Shown here piece after piece: positions 19,108 through 28,088 of a stretch of DNA of 64,000 nt. Made by a program: the position numbers and the translations under genes. The stretch spans positions 672,001-736,000 of the forward strand of contig OZ252220.1 in NCBI GenBank assembly GCA_965249135.1, written 5' to 3'. The DNA is from Alphaproteobacteria bacterium (lineage in GTDB: Bacteria; Pseudomonadota; Alphaproteobacteria; GCA-2746255). The notes beneath the pieces are model-generated. The model saw only the letters and a program-made list of their open reading frames with translations. It made no database searches and had not been told where the DNA came from. Within the stretch, counting starts at the first letter, position 1. Every line of letters starts with the position of its first letter.

Positions 19108-19950
19108 ATGGCCGGCGACCTCGACATCGTCCTGGAAAAGGCCCTGAAGCGCGATCAATGGATCGCTGGCTTCGGTCTTGCCCTTCTTTTTCTCTTCGCC
19201 TGGGCCTATTTGCTTGGCGGCGCCGGCTTAGGCATGTCGCTGGCCCAGATGACACTGGCCTCCTTCTTCCCGCATCTGCAACCGACGCTGGCCATGGGCG
19301 CGAATGTCGTCATGGCGCCCGGTGAGTGGAGCGTCGCATACACGTTTCTGATGATCGCCATGTGGTGGGTCATGATGATCGCTATGATGACGCCGAGTGC
19401 GGGGCCCATCATCCTTTTGCAAGCACGCGTCGCCCGAAGGACCGAGGCCAAGGGCAAGGAAGGGCTTGCCCTTGGCAAGACAGGCGCCTTCGCCGGCGGC
19501 TACCTTCTGGCCTGGCTCGCCTTTTCCTTATCCGCGGTTTTTCTGCAATGGGCGTTCGAGGCGACCGGTGCCGTCTCCGCTACAAGTATGGGATCGCAAA
19601 GTGCCTGGCTCTCGGCCCCCATCCTGTTTGCGGCCGGTCTCTACCAGCTCTCGCCAATGAAGGACGTGTGTCTCCGCCATTGCCGGGCGCCGGCTGAGTT
19701 TCTGTCGCGCCACTGGCGCCCCGGCCAGCTGGGCGCCATCCGGTTGGGCCTGCTGCATGGCGCCTATTGCGTCGGGTGCTGCTGGGCCTTGATGATACTT
19801 CTTTTTGTGGGCGGCGTCATGAACCCGATCTGGATCGTGGCCCTTGCCGCCATCGTGCTGCTTGAAAAAATCGGCCCCCGCGGCCCTTCGTTCGGCAAAG
19901 CCGGCGGGGTGCTTCTGATTGCCTGGGGCGGGGCGACGCTGCTCGTCTGA
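19108..19950 (+). CDS. DUF2182 family membrane protein (predicted metal-binding)
   Basis: MWWVMMIAMMTPS, AGLYQLSPMKDVCLRHCR, YCVGCCWALM; usual partner of DUF1326. Confidence 0.92.
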   Translation: MAGDLDIVLEKALKRDQWIAGFGLALLFLFAWAYLLGGAGLGMSLAQMTLASFFPHLQPTLAMGANVVMAPGEWSVAYTFLMIAMWWVMMIAMMTPSAGPIILLQARVARRTEAKGKEGLALGKTGAFAGGYLLAWLAFSLSAVFLQWAFEATGAVSATSMGSQSAWLSAPILFAAGLYQLSPMKDVCLRHCRAPAEFLSRHWRPGQLGAIRLGLLHGAYCVGCCWALMILLFVGGVMNPIWIVALAAIVLLEKIGPRGPSFGKAGGVLLIAWGGATLLV

Positions 19951-20124
19951 TCCTGGTGGCGGTGGCTGCTTTGGACATTGGAGGACAGCATCCCAACCGG
20001 ATGGGACCTTCGATAGGCACAGGTTACAGCCAAATATTGGGGTGGTTTTTGGAAGCGGAATGCTTCTTGATGATAGGGTTCTGGCTGAAGATCAACGCGC
20101 CCGCTGGGTCGATGGCATCTATAG

Positions 20125-20376
20125 ATGAAACTTGAAAACCAGGTCATCCGGATTGAGGACATCTACGTGCCCGTTAAGCGGCACAAGACGCTCAATCCGG
20201 AGACCGTGAATGAAATTGCCAATAGTATGCTGGAGGTTGGCCAGCTGGCGCCGATCCTAATTCGTAGAGATAAGGAACGTTATATCCTTGTGGAAGGCCT
20301 TCATCGATTGGAGGCGTGCAAGGCGGTCGGCGAAGAGACGATCCTTGCCCTCTTGGTTCAGGCTCGCAAATATTAA
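20125..20376 (+). CDS. Stand-alone ParB/sulfiredoxin N-terminal domain protein
   Basis: IANSMLEVGQLAPILIR...LVEGLHRLEA. Confidence 0.8.
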   Translation: MKLENQVIRIEDIYVPVKRHKTLNPETVNEIANSMLEVGQLAPILIRRDKERYILVEGLHRLEACKAVGEETILALLVQARKY

Positions 20377-20442
20377 GCCAAAATTGAGGTGGCGGAGCAG
20401 GCAGTCAGATGCATACCCGTCCACGTCGCGCGCCCTTCCCGC

Positions 20443-21762
20443 CTAGCCATACAAGCCCGCCCTCGTCGGCGGCAGACCGGAAGGGCCCTTGGATTTCTGC
20501 TTGGTGGCAAGCGTTTGATAAATCCTGAGCGCGCCGTCGTCGAACGCAAACGACGCGCCTGCAAGGTAGGCCATCCACATACGGTACTTCTCCAGTCCGA
20601 TTTGTGCGATTGCCTTGTCCTTGTTGGCGACCAGCCGCTGATGCCACAGCCGACAGGTCAGCGCGTAATGCTCGCGCCAGCACTCCACGTCGCGAACTTC
20701 GAAACCGCGCGCCTCCATGACCTCGAGCGAATGGCCGATATGGTCGAGCTCCGAGCCTGGGAAGATGTACTTCAGCAAAAGCCGCTTTTCCGGCACCATC
20801 CTTCGAAATTTGCGGCGGCTTCGCTTGACCCGCCGGGTGATGCCATGATTCAAGAGGAGACCCCGGTCACGCAGCAAGCTGTTCAGCTTGCCGAAATAGG
20901 TCGGGTAGTTGGCGATGCCGACATGCTCGTACATGCCGATCGAGGCGATTTTGTCGTATTCGCCGTCGAGGCTCTCGTAATTGCGTAACTCCACCCTCAC
21001 CTGGTCTTCCAGGCCGAGCCGGCGCACCTTCTCCACCGCGTAGTCGTGCTGGGTCTGCGAAAGCGTAACACCGTGGGCCTTGACGCCGTACCTCTTCGCC
21101 GCGTGGCACAACAGCCCGCCCCAGCCGCAGCCGATGTCGAGGAACCGCTCGCCCGGTTGCAGGCGCAGTTTCTTGCAGATCATTTCTAGCTTGTCGTGCT
21201 GAGCCTGCTCCAGCGGGTTGTCCCAGTCCGTGAAATAGGCGCAGGAATATTGCATCTCCGCATCCAGGAAGAGGGCGTAGAAGTCGTTGCCGATGTCATA
21301 GTGGAACTGAATGAATTTCTTATCGTCGCGACGGGTTTGTTGACGGCCGGTCGCGTCGTCGGTGTATGCGTGGGCCAGCTGGACTTTGTCCTCGAATGCA
21401 AATAACAGGGGCAGCGCGTGCTTCAGCAGGAAGCCCTTGCGCAGGTGCCGCGCCTTGATCTTGACCTTCTTCTGGCGCGCAAGCCCGATGAAGGTGAGCA
21501 GGTCGCCGCCTTCGAAATCGATGTGTCCGGCGGCGTAGTGACGCACCAAGGTCTCCAACGTCGGCCGGCGGAGGATCGAACCCAGCACGCCCGGTCCGCT
21601 GATCGTGATGCAGTGGGCCGGATCCGCATGTCGGCCCAAAGGCACGATGGAACCGTCCCACAAGCGTACGCAAAAGCGAGTATCGAGCCGTTCGGCCAGA
21701 TGCTCGAAAATATTCCGGGCCGCGTTCAATCGCTTGTGGTCGAAGATCGTTGCCCCACCCAT
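20443..21762 (-). CDS. cfa: Cyclopropane-fatty-acyl-phospholipid synthase family methyltransferase
   Basis: IQFHYDIGNDFY, MQYSCAYF, LDIGCGWGG, SIGMYEHVG, KYIFPG. Confidence 0.9.
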   Translation of the reverse strand: MGGATIFDHKRLNAARNIFEHLAERLDTRFCVRLWDGSIVPLGRHADPAHCITISGPGVLGSILRRPTLETLVRHYAAGHIDFEGGDLLTFIGLARQKKVKIKARHLRKGFLLKHALPLLFAFEDKVQLAHAYTDDATGRQQTRRDDKKFIQFHYDIGNDFYALFLDAEMQYSCAYFTDWDNPLEQAQHDKLEMICKKLRLQPGERFLDIGCGWGGLLCHAAKRYGVKAHGVTLSQTQHDYAVEKVRRLGLEDQVRVELRNYESLDGEYDKIASIGMYEHVGIANYPTYFGKLNSLLRDRGLLLNHGITRRVKRSRRKFRRMVPEKRLLLKYIFPGSELDHIGHSLEVMEARGFEVRDVECWREHYALTCRLWHQRLVANKDKAIAQIGLEKYRMWMAYLAGASFAFDDGALRIYQTLATKQKSKGPSGLPPTRAGLYG

Positions 21763-21776
21763 GTTTGCGAGAGTCC

Positions 21777-22000
21777 CCTCGCCCGAAAATCGCGCATAGA
21801 AGAAGACTAGTTAGCGGACCACGCAGTCTTAAGCGAACCCGTCTCCGCCGATTTCCCTGTTTAACAGGGAAAATACAGGGAATTTTCGAAGAATCAGCCT
21901 GTAATCGACGGGATCTTTCCCTCTAATGGACCGATATCACTTGGCCATTTAGCCAAATTTCCTACGCGACGGAACGGGGAAATTTTTCGACCGAACAGGG
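21777..22000. repeat. 224-bp non-coding direct repeat, copy 1
   Basis: Matches 23488-23711 at constant offset 1711; central ~125 bp identical; contains TTCCCTGTTTAACAGGGAA. Confidence 0.95.
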
Positions 22001-22025
22001 AATGCATGACGCCGGACACTGGGTG

Positions 22026-23138
22026 CTAAGCCTTCTTGATCAGGCCGTAAGATCCCAAGTAGATGACGTAGATCAACGTTACATAAATCATCAGGTCCAT
22101 CCAGGTCAGAGGATCTCCGCCGAAACCGGGGCTGATCTCGGCTTCATGGAGCACGTCGATGGCAAACCAACGTGTGTAGGCGATGAAGGTCGCGATTCCT
22201 AGACCGTAGGTGATGACGAGTCGGATCACTCTGTTGGCAAGGGGGCCGAGACCGGTCGGTGGGTTGCCCACCACGTTTGGCCAAGCGATCAGCCAAAAGG
22301 CTATGCAGACCCCGAGTTGCGCCGGCCAGAGGTTGATCGCGGCCGCCAGAGTAACTTGGGCCTCCTCCGGCATAAGCAACCCCTTGAGGAGGGCAAGGAA
22401 GACGAAGTAAATCCCTGTGCCGACGATGAAGTTTCCCACGAGGGCTGCGATGGCCGTCTTGGCGCGTGAGCCGAACGCGTTCCAGGGCCAGTTCTCGAAG
22501 ATGAGGAAGATCGTGAGCCAGGACAGGATCACCGAGTAAAACCAGCCGATCACCGTCGTCAGAGGCAGGACCGTATTCTCAGGAGCAGTCCAACTGGCGA
22601 CACTGGGGTAGATGAGGATGATGTACAAGAAAAACGTGAGGAAGAAACCGAAGAAGAACTCCGCAATACCCACCCAGGGCTGCTTCAGTCCCAAGTCGAC
22701 CCACGGCCAGTGTCCCGCACTGGTACCCAGGATGCCCCAAGTGTAGAACCCGATGAGCACAATCATGGTGGTGGCGGTGTAGCCCGCCTTGCTGATGTCG
22801 AAGGCGGGGTCGAGCGACCCGTAGCCGTGAAGCAGCACGACGGCCGTAATCACGGCGAGCACCGTGGTTAGCGCAATCCAAAGCAAGCCCCGCGCGGGCT
22901 GTGGCAGGTGGCCAAGTCCCCACAACTCGCCCATGAAGCCAAAGAAAACCACGAATAGGATCGACCAGAAGAGCATCACATTGAACGGTTGCGGATAGAG
23001 TTTCCACACCGCCTGGCTGGGATCCGCGAAGAGCTCCCAGATGAGGTAGCTGCCCGCCAAGATGACCAAGAGACTGATCAGTGAGAACGCTATCGGGCCA
23101 AGCTGCAACCCAAAGGGTTTTTTCTCTATTGTTTCCAT
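22026..23138 (-). CDS. Multi-pass membrane protein, probable transporter
   Basis: 370 aa, ~10 hydrophobic segments, recurring WP motifs; family not securely recognised. Confidence 0.7.
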   Translation of the reverse strand: METIEKKPFGLQLGPIAFSLISLLVILAGSYLIWELFADPSQAVWKLYPQPFNVMLFWSILFVVFFGFMGELWGLGHLPQPARGLLWIALTTVLAVITAVVLLHGYGSLDPAFDISKAGYTATTMIVLIGFYTWGILGTSAGHWPWVDLGLKQPWVGIAEFFFGFFLTFFLYIILIYPSVASWTAPENTVLPLTTVIGWFYSVILSWLTIFLIFENWPWNAFGSRAKTAIAALVGNFIVGTGIYFVFLALLKGLLMPEEAQVTLAAAINLWPAQLGVCIAFWLIAWPNVVGNPPTGLGPLANRVIRLVITYGLGIATFIAYTRWFAIDVLHEAEISPGFGGDPLTWMDLMIYVTLIYVIYLGSYGLIKKA

Positions 23139-23159
23139 GACGGGTCTTCCCTCGTGTTC

Positions 23160-23417
23160 CTAAAGTTGAACTTTAGACGAACGCAGCTCCAGTATCCATA
23201 CCATGACAGCACTGTACCGTCTCGTGGCAAATGTCGATGCCGCGCGCTCATGGAGCAGATCCTCGACTTGTCGCAATGACAGCGGAAGGCGGACATACAT
23301 CATCACCGACAGGCGTATAACCTCGGGCGAGCTGTTGAAATAACGGAAGGGATTTTGCATCTCCTGACGCTACGCGACGTCTCCATCCGCCTCAAGCCCA
23401 TTTACTCTGACAATGCC
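23160..23417 (-). mobile_element. IS6 family remnant (left IR plus transposase N-terminus)
   Basis: MQNPFRYFNSSPEVIRLSVMMYVRLPLSLRQVEDLLHER; minus-strand IR GGCATTGTCAGAGTAAA at 23417-23401. Confidence 0.88.
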
Positions 23418-23487
23418 CCCGGTCCGGCTTGTGACGTTGCCTTGCGCGAAGGCCCGCAGAACGCCGCGAACAAGGCCAATACTCGGG

Positions 23488-23711
23488 CCTCGCCCGAAAA
23501 TCGCGCATAGAAGAAGACTCGTTGGCGGCGCGCATAGTCTGATGCGAACCCGTCTCCGCCGATTTCCCTGTTTAACAGGGAAAATACAGGGAATTTTCGA
23601 AGAATCAGCCTGTAATCGACGGGATCTTTCCCTCTAATGGACCGATATCACTTGGCCATTTAGCCAAATTCCCCGCGCGACGGAACAAGGAAATTTTTCG
23701 GCCGAACAGGG
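23488..23711. repeat. 224-bp non-coding direct repeat, copy 2
   Basis: Matches 21777-22000. Confidence 0.95.
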
Positions 23712-23786
23712 TTAGAGAAGTGTCTCAACGTAATAAACATAATGGGTTCATCCGGGACGGGAAATGCCATGTTCAACCCATGGTTA

Positions 23787-23803
23787 GTTAATGTGACAAT
23801 GCT
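23787..23803. repeat. Orphan IS6-type terminal inverted repeat
   Basis: GTTAATGTGACAATGCT, similar to the IR at 23401-23417. Confidence 0.6.
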
Positions 23804-23883
23804 CCAAGCGGATATAATTTTCGGTAGGCACAATCGCGCGGCCACCCGTGACGAACCTGGAGGCGCGCCATCGATCATGAAGC

Positions 23884-24510
23884 ATGATATACCCGGATTT
23901 ATGGCAGACACTCCCGGAGCATCCGTTCGGGCCCGAGATGTCTACCCACGCGTGTCTCCTAACGAGAGGCGCGGGCGATGTCCTTTTTTATAGCTCCGGG
24001 CATTCGGACGAACACCAACACATTCTCCGGCTCGGAGGGATTGACCGCCAGTATTTGAGCCATCGGGACGAAGCCGGAGACGCCCTGGTTCGCATCAAAG
24101 AGACGTTTGGATCGAAGCTCTGTTGTCACAAGCTGGAGGAAGAAGCAATTCGTGCCGCGTGTCCCGTGGACCTGACGTTCGAGAACCGGGAGTTTCATCT
24201 TGGTGACATCGAGGTCATACCGACGCCTGGTCATACGGAAGGAAGCGCATGCTTCATGTACAAGTCACCACATGGGCACACGTACCTCTTTACGGGCGAC
24301 ACCATCTTTCTGAAGGACGACTCTTGGGGAACCTATGTGTCGGACGAGCACAAGCGCACATTAAAGGAAAGCCTCGAGTTGCTGGGCAGCCTGAAGCCAA
24401 GCGTGGTTATTTCCAGCGCGGCGATTGGCCATCTCTCGTTCAAAGAAGTATTACCCGGTGAATGGCCAGTAATCGTAGAGGGTGCCATTCGTTCGCTGGC
24501 GTTAAGGTGA
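23884..24510 (+). CDS. MBL-fold metallo-hydrolase
   Basis: YLSHRDE, TPGHTEGS, LFTGDTI. Confidence 0.85.
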   Translation: MIYPDLWQTLPEHPFGPEMSTHACLLTRGAGDVLFYSSGHSDEHQHILRLGGIDRQYLSHRDEAGDALVRIKETFGSKLCCHKLEEEAIRAACPVDLTFENREFHLGDIEVIPTPGHTEGSACFMYKSPHGHTYLFTGDTIFLKDDSWGTYVSDEHKRTLKESLELLGSLKPSVVISSAAIGHLSFKEVLPGEWPVIVEGAIRSLALR

Positions 24511-24682
24511 TAGCGAATTGCACCCGAATCAGACCCTCGTCAGCCCCTACGAAATCTGCCACCTTTAGTGCGTGGGCGGGTGAGCGTCTCTGCGTGACGT
24601 GTAAATCTCACGCCGTTTGGCGTAGGGGCTTCTCCCAAAGGCCGCAGCCTAAACACACGAAAACGGAAAGTGGAGGATTCGA

Positions 24683-24892
24683 ATGAGTGATAATGTGTAC
24701 AAGGTGATCCGTCTCGTCGGTTCCTCTTCGTCGAGCATCGAAGAGGCCATTCATAACGCAATCAGGAAGTCCTCGAAGACCCTGAAAAACTTGCGTTGGT
24801 TTGAGGTCGTCGAGACCCGCGGGCATATCGAGGGCGGCAAGGTTGACCATTTCCAGGTAACACTGGAGGTAGGATTCACGCTGGAGAATTAA
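24683..24892 (+). CDS. Dodecin (flavin-binding)
   Basis: [11 protein letters not shown]...[10 protein letters not shown]...[11 protein letters not shown]...FQVTLEVGF. Confidence 0.93.
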   Translation: MSDNVYKVIRLVGSSSSSIEEAIHNAIRKSSKTLKNLRWFEVVETRGHIEGGKVDHFQVTLEVGFTLEN

Positions 24893-25053
24893 GTCGCGCA
24901 AGCCGCACCTTTATTCGCTTGATTGACTTTCGTATCTGGGTGCGTACCGGATATGCGGCCGTGGCCTGCCTCCATTAAGCGATCCACTCTCTAAATTAGA
25001 GATTAGCGCGGTTTAAATTGCGGCCGAAAGTTCGGGTACCATTGCAGCACGCG

Positions 25054-25395
25054 TTAGGCCTTTTTCGTAGCAATCTCATTCACCTTGGCCGCCATGATAA
25101 AATCGTTTTCATGCAGCCCCTTGATTTTCTTTGTCTGCCAAGAGACGGCCGCAAAGCCCCAGCCGAATGAAATGTCCGGGTGGTGGCCTTCTGCCTCCGA
25201 AAGGGCCCCGACCGCGTCCACGAAATCGAGTGCTTCCTTGAAGTTTCTGAAGGTGAAGCGTTTTTCGATTCGCGCGTCTTCGTCGCATAGCGCCCAGCCT
25301 GGGGTCTGGGCGAGGTACTTTTCCGTCTCTTCCGGCTTCAGAGGCGGAATTCCTCCTTGGCAGGGGGTGCAGGTTTTCGCCGTCAAATCCGTCAT
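25054..25395 (-). CDS. Pterin-4a-carbinolamine dehydratase
   Basis: CTPCQGG, EAEGHHPDI, GLHENDFIMAAK; ATG at 25395. Confidence 0.92.
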   Translation of the reverse strand: MTDLTAKTCTPCQGGIPPLKPEETEKYLAQTPGWALCDEDARIEKRFTFRNFKEALDFVDAVGALSEAEGHHPDISFGWGFAAVSWQTKKIKGLHENDFIMAAKVNEIATKKA

Positions 25396-25454
25396 GCTTT
25401 CTCCATTGCTTCCATAGGTAACACGGCTCACTTCAAAGACGAGACTCGCGCAGC

Positions 25455-25688
25455 TTAGTAGGACTTGGCGGGGAACGGAATATCGAACTCCTCCAGCGTG
25501 GCTCCCGCCTTTAGGCTCACTTCGTACTGCCGAACTTTACCCTCTTTGATATGGCCGTGTATCCTGATGACATCGAACCAGTGCAAGTTTTTCATTGTCG
25601 ACTTGCCGATCGCGCTTTGAATCGCTTCCTCGATACTGGACGAAGATGAACCATCAGGCTCGGTAACTTTGTACAGTTTGTCAGTCAT
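25455..25688 (-). CDS. Second, divergent dodecin
   Basis: MTDKLYKV...[15 protein letters not shown]...LHWFDV...YEVSLKAG; corresponds to the C-terminal part of the 25455..26084 ORF, RBS GAGG before ATG 25688. Confidence 0.8.
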   Translation of the reverse strand: MTDKLYKVTEPDGSSSSSIEEAIQSAIGKSTMKNLHWFDVIRIHGHIKEGKVRQYEVSLKAGATLEEFDIPFPAKSY

Positions 25689-25701
25689 TCGAATCCTCTC
25701 G

Positions 25702-26574
25702 TTAAAACGATGCCTGGTCCGGCAGGCGGTCGATTTCGGCAACGTCGTCGGGCTCGAGCCGTACGTGAAGAGCCTGTGCCGAATCGCGCACGCTCGACAC
25801 CCTGCTCGCCCCCGGGATCGGAAAGATGTGATCCCCTTTCTGCAGAAGCCACGCCAGGGCGACGCAATAGGGCGATGCACCATATTTCTTGAAGAGACGC
25901 CGGAAGAGCGGGTGCTTCGGCAATCGCATGTGGCCCCTATGACCCCCCACAGGACTGTAAGGAACGTAGGCGACGCCCCTCTCTCGGCACAGGCCAATGA
26001 GGCCGTTGTCGAGATCTCTTTTGAAGAACGGATTGCAGCGATTCTGAACGGACGCGACGGCCGTTCGGCCAAGCGCGAATTCAAGTTCTGCCCGATCGAC
26101 GTTAGACAACCCGATGTTGAGGATCTTTCCTTCCTCCTTGAGCCGGATCAATTCCCCAAGCGAATCATCAAAGAGCACGTCCGAGTCCACCGCATGGAGG
26201 TGATAGAGGGAAATCGCCTCGCGCTGCAGATCCTTGAGGCTCTTCTCGCACGAGGATCGCAGCCATTTCGGGTTCCCATCCGTTACCCATTCCCCTTTTG
26301 GCCGCCGCAAGCCCCCCTTGGTGGCGACCAGCACGGCCTCGCGCGCGCCGATCCGCGTGAGCGCTTTGTGGATAAGGCGCTCGTTGTGGCCGATGTCCGA
26401 ATCGTTCAGACAGTAGACATTGGCGGTGTCAATGAAATTGCCGCCATCTTCGACGAACGTATCGATGACCTCGAAGGCCTGGGATTCATCGGGCCGCCCC
26501 GCGATGGAAAGCGGCATGGCGCCCAAGCCGATCGGCTTTACCTGCCATCCCGTCCCGTTCAGGTCCCGGTTCAT
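25702..26574 (-). CDS. Aldo/keto reductase
   Basis: IGLGAM, FIDTANVY, VATKGG, IGLSNV, YSPVGG, PIPGAS; ATGA overlap with msrB. Confidence 0.92.
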   Translation of the reverse strand: MNRDLNGTGWQVKPIGLGAMPLSIAGRPDESQAFEVIDTFVEDGGNFIDTANVYCLNDSDIGHNERLIHKALTRIGAREAVLVATKGGLRRPKGEWVTDGNPKWLRSSCEKSLKDLQREAISLYHLHAVDSDVLFDDSLGELIRLKEEGKILNIGLSNVDRAELEFALGRTAVASVQNRCNPFFKRDLDNGLIGLCRERGVAYVPYSPVGGHRGHMRLPKHPLFRRLFKKYGASPYCVALAWLLQKGDHIFPIPGASRVSSVRDSAQALHVRLEPDDVAEIDRLPDQASF

Positions 26575-27080
26575 TTGTCTTCTTCCCCAAGCCACCTTCC
26601 GGCGACCTTCGGATCGCCGCGCCCGAGTTTGTCGGGAAGGACCTTACCCTTCGGCACAAAGGCTGTGGCAACCGAGTTCAGGCAGTAGCGTGCCCCGGTC
26701 GGTGGCGGGCCGTCAGGGAAGACGTGGCCCAAATGGCCGTCGCATCGAGCGCAGCGGATCTCGATCCGTTCCATCCCCATTGACGGGTCGCGGCATTCGG
26801 TAACATGGCGATGATCGTAGGCCTCGAAGAAGCTCGGCCAGCCGGTGGCAGAATCGAATTTCGCATTCGCCTTAAACAGCGGCAGGCCACAGAGCCGGCA
26901 GACATAGGTGCCGTCCTGCTTGTTGTCGAGCAGGCTGCCGCAGAAGGCCCGTTCCGTCCCGCGGTCAAGCAGGACGCGCCTTTCCTCCTCATCGAGGTCG
27001 GCGATGAGCTTTTGCATCTCCTCGGCATCTGGCGGGCGGAGGTCGAACGCCTTCTCGGAACAAGCTGTGTTCACGGTCAT
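26571..27080 (-). CDS. msrB: Peptide-methionine (R)-S-oxide reductase
   Basis: GTERAF, CRLC, GWPSF, CARCDGHLGHVFPDGP, RYCLNS. Confidence 0.95.
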   Translation of the reverse strand: MTVNTACSEKAFDLRPPDAEEMQKLIADLDEEERRVLLDRGTERAFCGSLLDNKQDGTYVCRLCGLPLFKANAKFDSATGWPSFFEAYDHRHVTECRDPSMGMERIEIRCARCDGHLGHVFPDGPPPTGARYCLNSVATAFVPKGKVLPDKLGRGDPKVAGRWLGEEDK

Positions 27081-27205
27081 AATTTACCCGGCTTCAACTC
27101 TGCCCAATCCTAAGCTCAATCGGAGCAGAAGGCGTCATCTCATCCTCGACCAGGTGACCCCTGATAAGCTTTCGCGCGACGTTCTCGGGAATCAAGCCTT
27201 CCTCC

Positions 27206-27454
27206 TCATTTTCTTAGGTCGTCAATGAAGAGACTGTCCGGCGGATCGGTTTCAAGCGGACCAAGCCGGGGATCGTAGCGGAACAAGGTCGCGCAATAGG
27301 GACAGAGGATCGTGTCCGCCGCGCCCATATCAAGATAGATATGGGGGTGGTCCAGGGGCGCTGAAGTGCCGGTGCACTTGAACTCTTTGACGCCGATTTG
27401 GATCTCCGGGACGCCCCGGTCGTTCTTGAACTTGGCATAATCGTCATGCGCCAT
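27206..27454 (-). CDS. zf-CHCC zinc-finger protein
   Basis: FKCTG...DHPHIYLDM...CPYC. Confidence 0.85.
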   Translation of the reverse strand: MAHDDYAKFKNDRGVPEIQIGVKEFKCTGTSAPLDHPHIYLDMGAADTILCPYCATLFRYDPRLGPLETDPPDSLFIDDLRK

Positions 27455-27575
27455 CGCATCTGGCCAACTCGTTCTCGATGATCCCGATGTCGATCAAATA
27501 GCAATCTCACCAGATTGATACTATGGGAGAAATTTTGGCCGACATCGAATTTCGCAGTAGGTCTATTGGATTAGC

Positions 27576-27890
27576 CTAGGCCTTCCTGATCTGGATGTCG
27601 CCGCCCTCCAGGCGGACCTCGTAGGTGAAGACGGGATCGTTGGTGACACAGCCCTCCTCGGCCTCGCCGGTCCTGACGTTGAACCGCGTAAAGTGCCAGG
27701 GGCAGGTGACGATATCGCCTTCGAGCTCACCATCCGCCAACGGGCCGTCGGCGTGCGGACAGGTGTTGTTGAAGGCAAAGTATTCGCCGTCGACGTTGGC
27801 GATGACTATTTCTTCACCGTCTAGATCGACCAGTTTCATGTCTCCGGGTGCTAGGTCAGTCGTATTCGTGACGGTTCGGAACTCAGGCAC
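27576..27890 (-). CDS. Rieske-type ferredoxin
   Basis: CPH...CPWH ligands; GTG start at 27890 with RBS. Confidence 0.9.
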   Translation of the reverse strand: MPEFRTVTNTTDLAPGDMKLVDLDGEEIVIANVDGEYFAFNNTCPHADGPLADGELEGDIVTCPWHFTRFNVRTGEAEEGCVTNDPVFTYEVRLEGGDIQIRKA

Positions 27891-28022
27891 TGCATCCCCT
27901 CCTGTCGACGGTTGGATGAGGCGTTTGCACATTATCAAGTGGGAACCTGGCATTGGGGATTCAATGCTAACCTGGCGCGAGCGGCGCGCGAGGCGGTCGG
28001 CAGTTATCGTCGGTCCAGGGTC

Positions 28023-28039
28023 GTTAATATGACAATGCC
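28023..28039. repeat. Orphan IS6-type terminal inverted repeat
   Basis: GTTAATATGACAATGCC. Confidence 0.65.
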
Positions 28040-28088
28040 GGAGCGTGTATAAACCCGCACCCTATCCGGTCTATCACGCTCCAAAGTG

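Noticed and set aside
21810-21850. Repeat core as a tRNA gene or true attL
   Set aside because: Only loose TGGCGG...CGAACCC similarity with different spacing; no cloverleaf.
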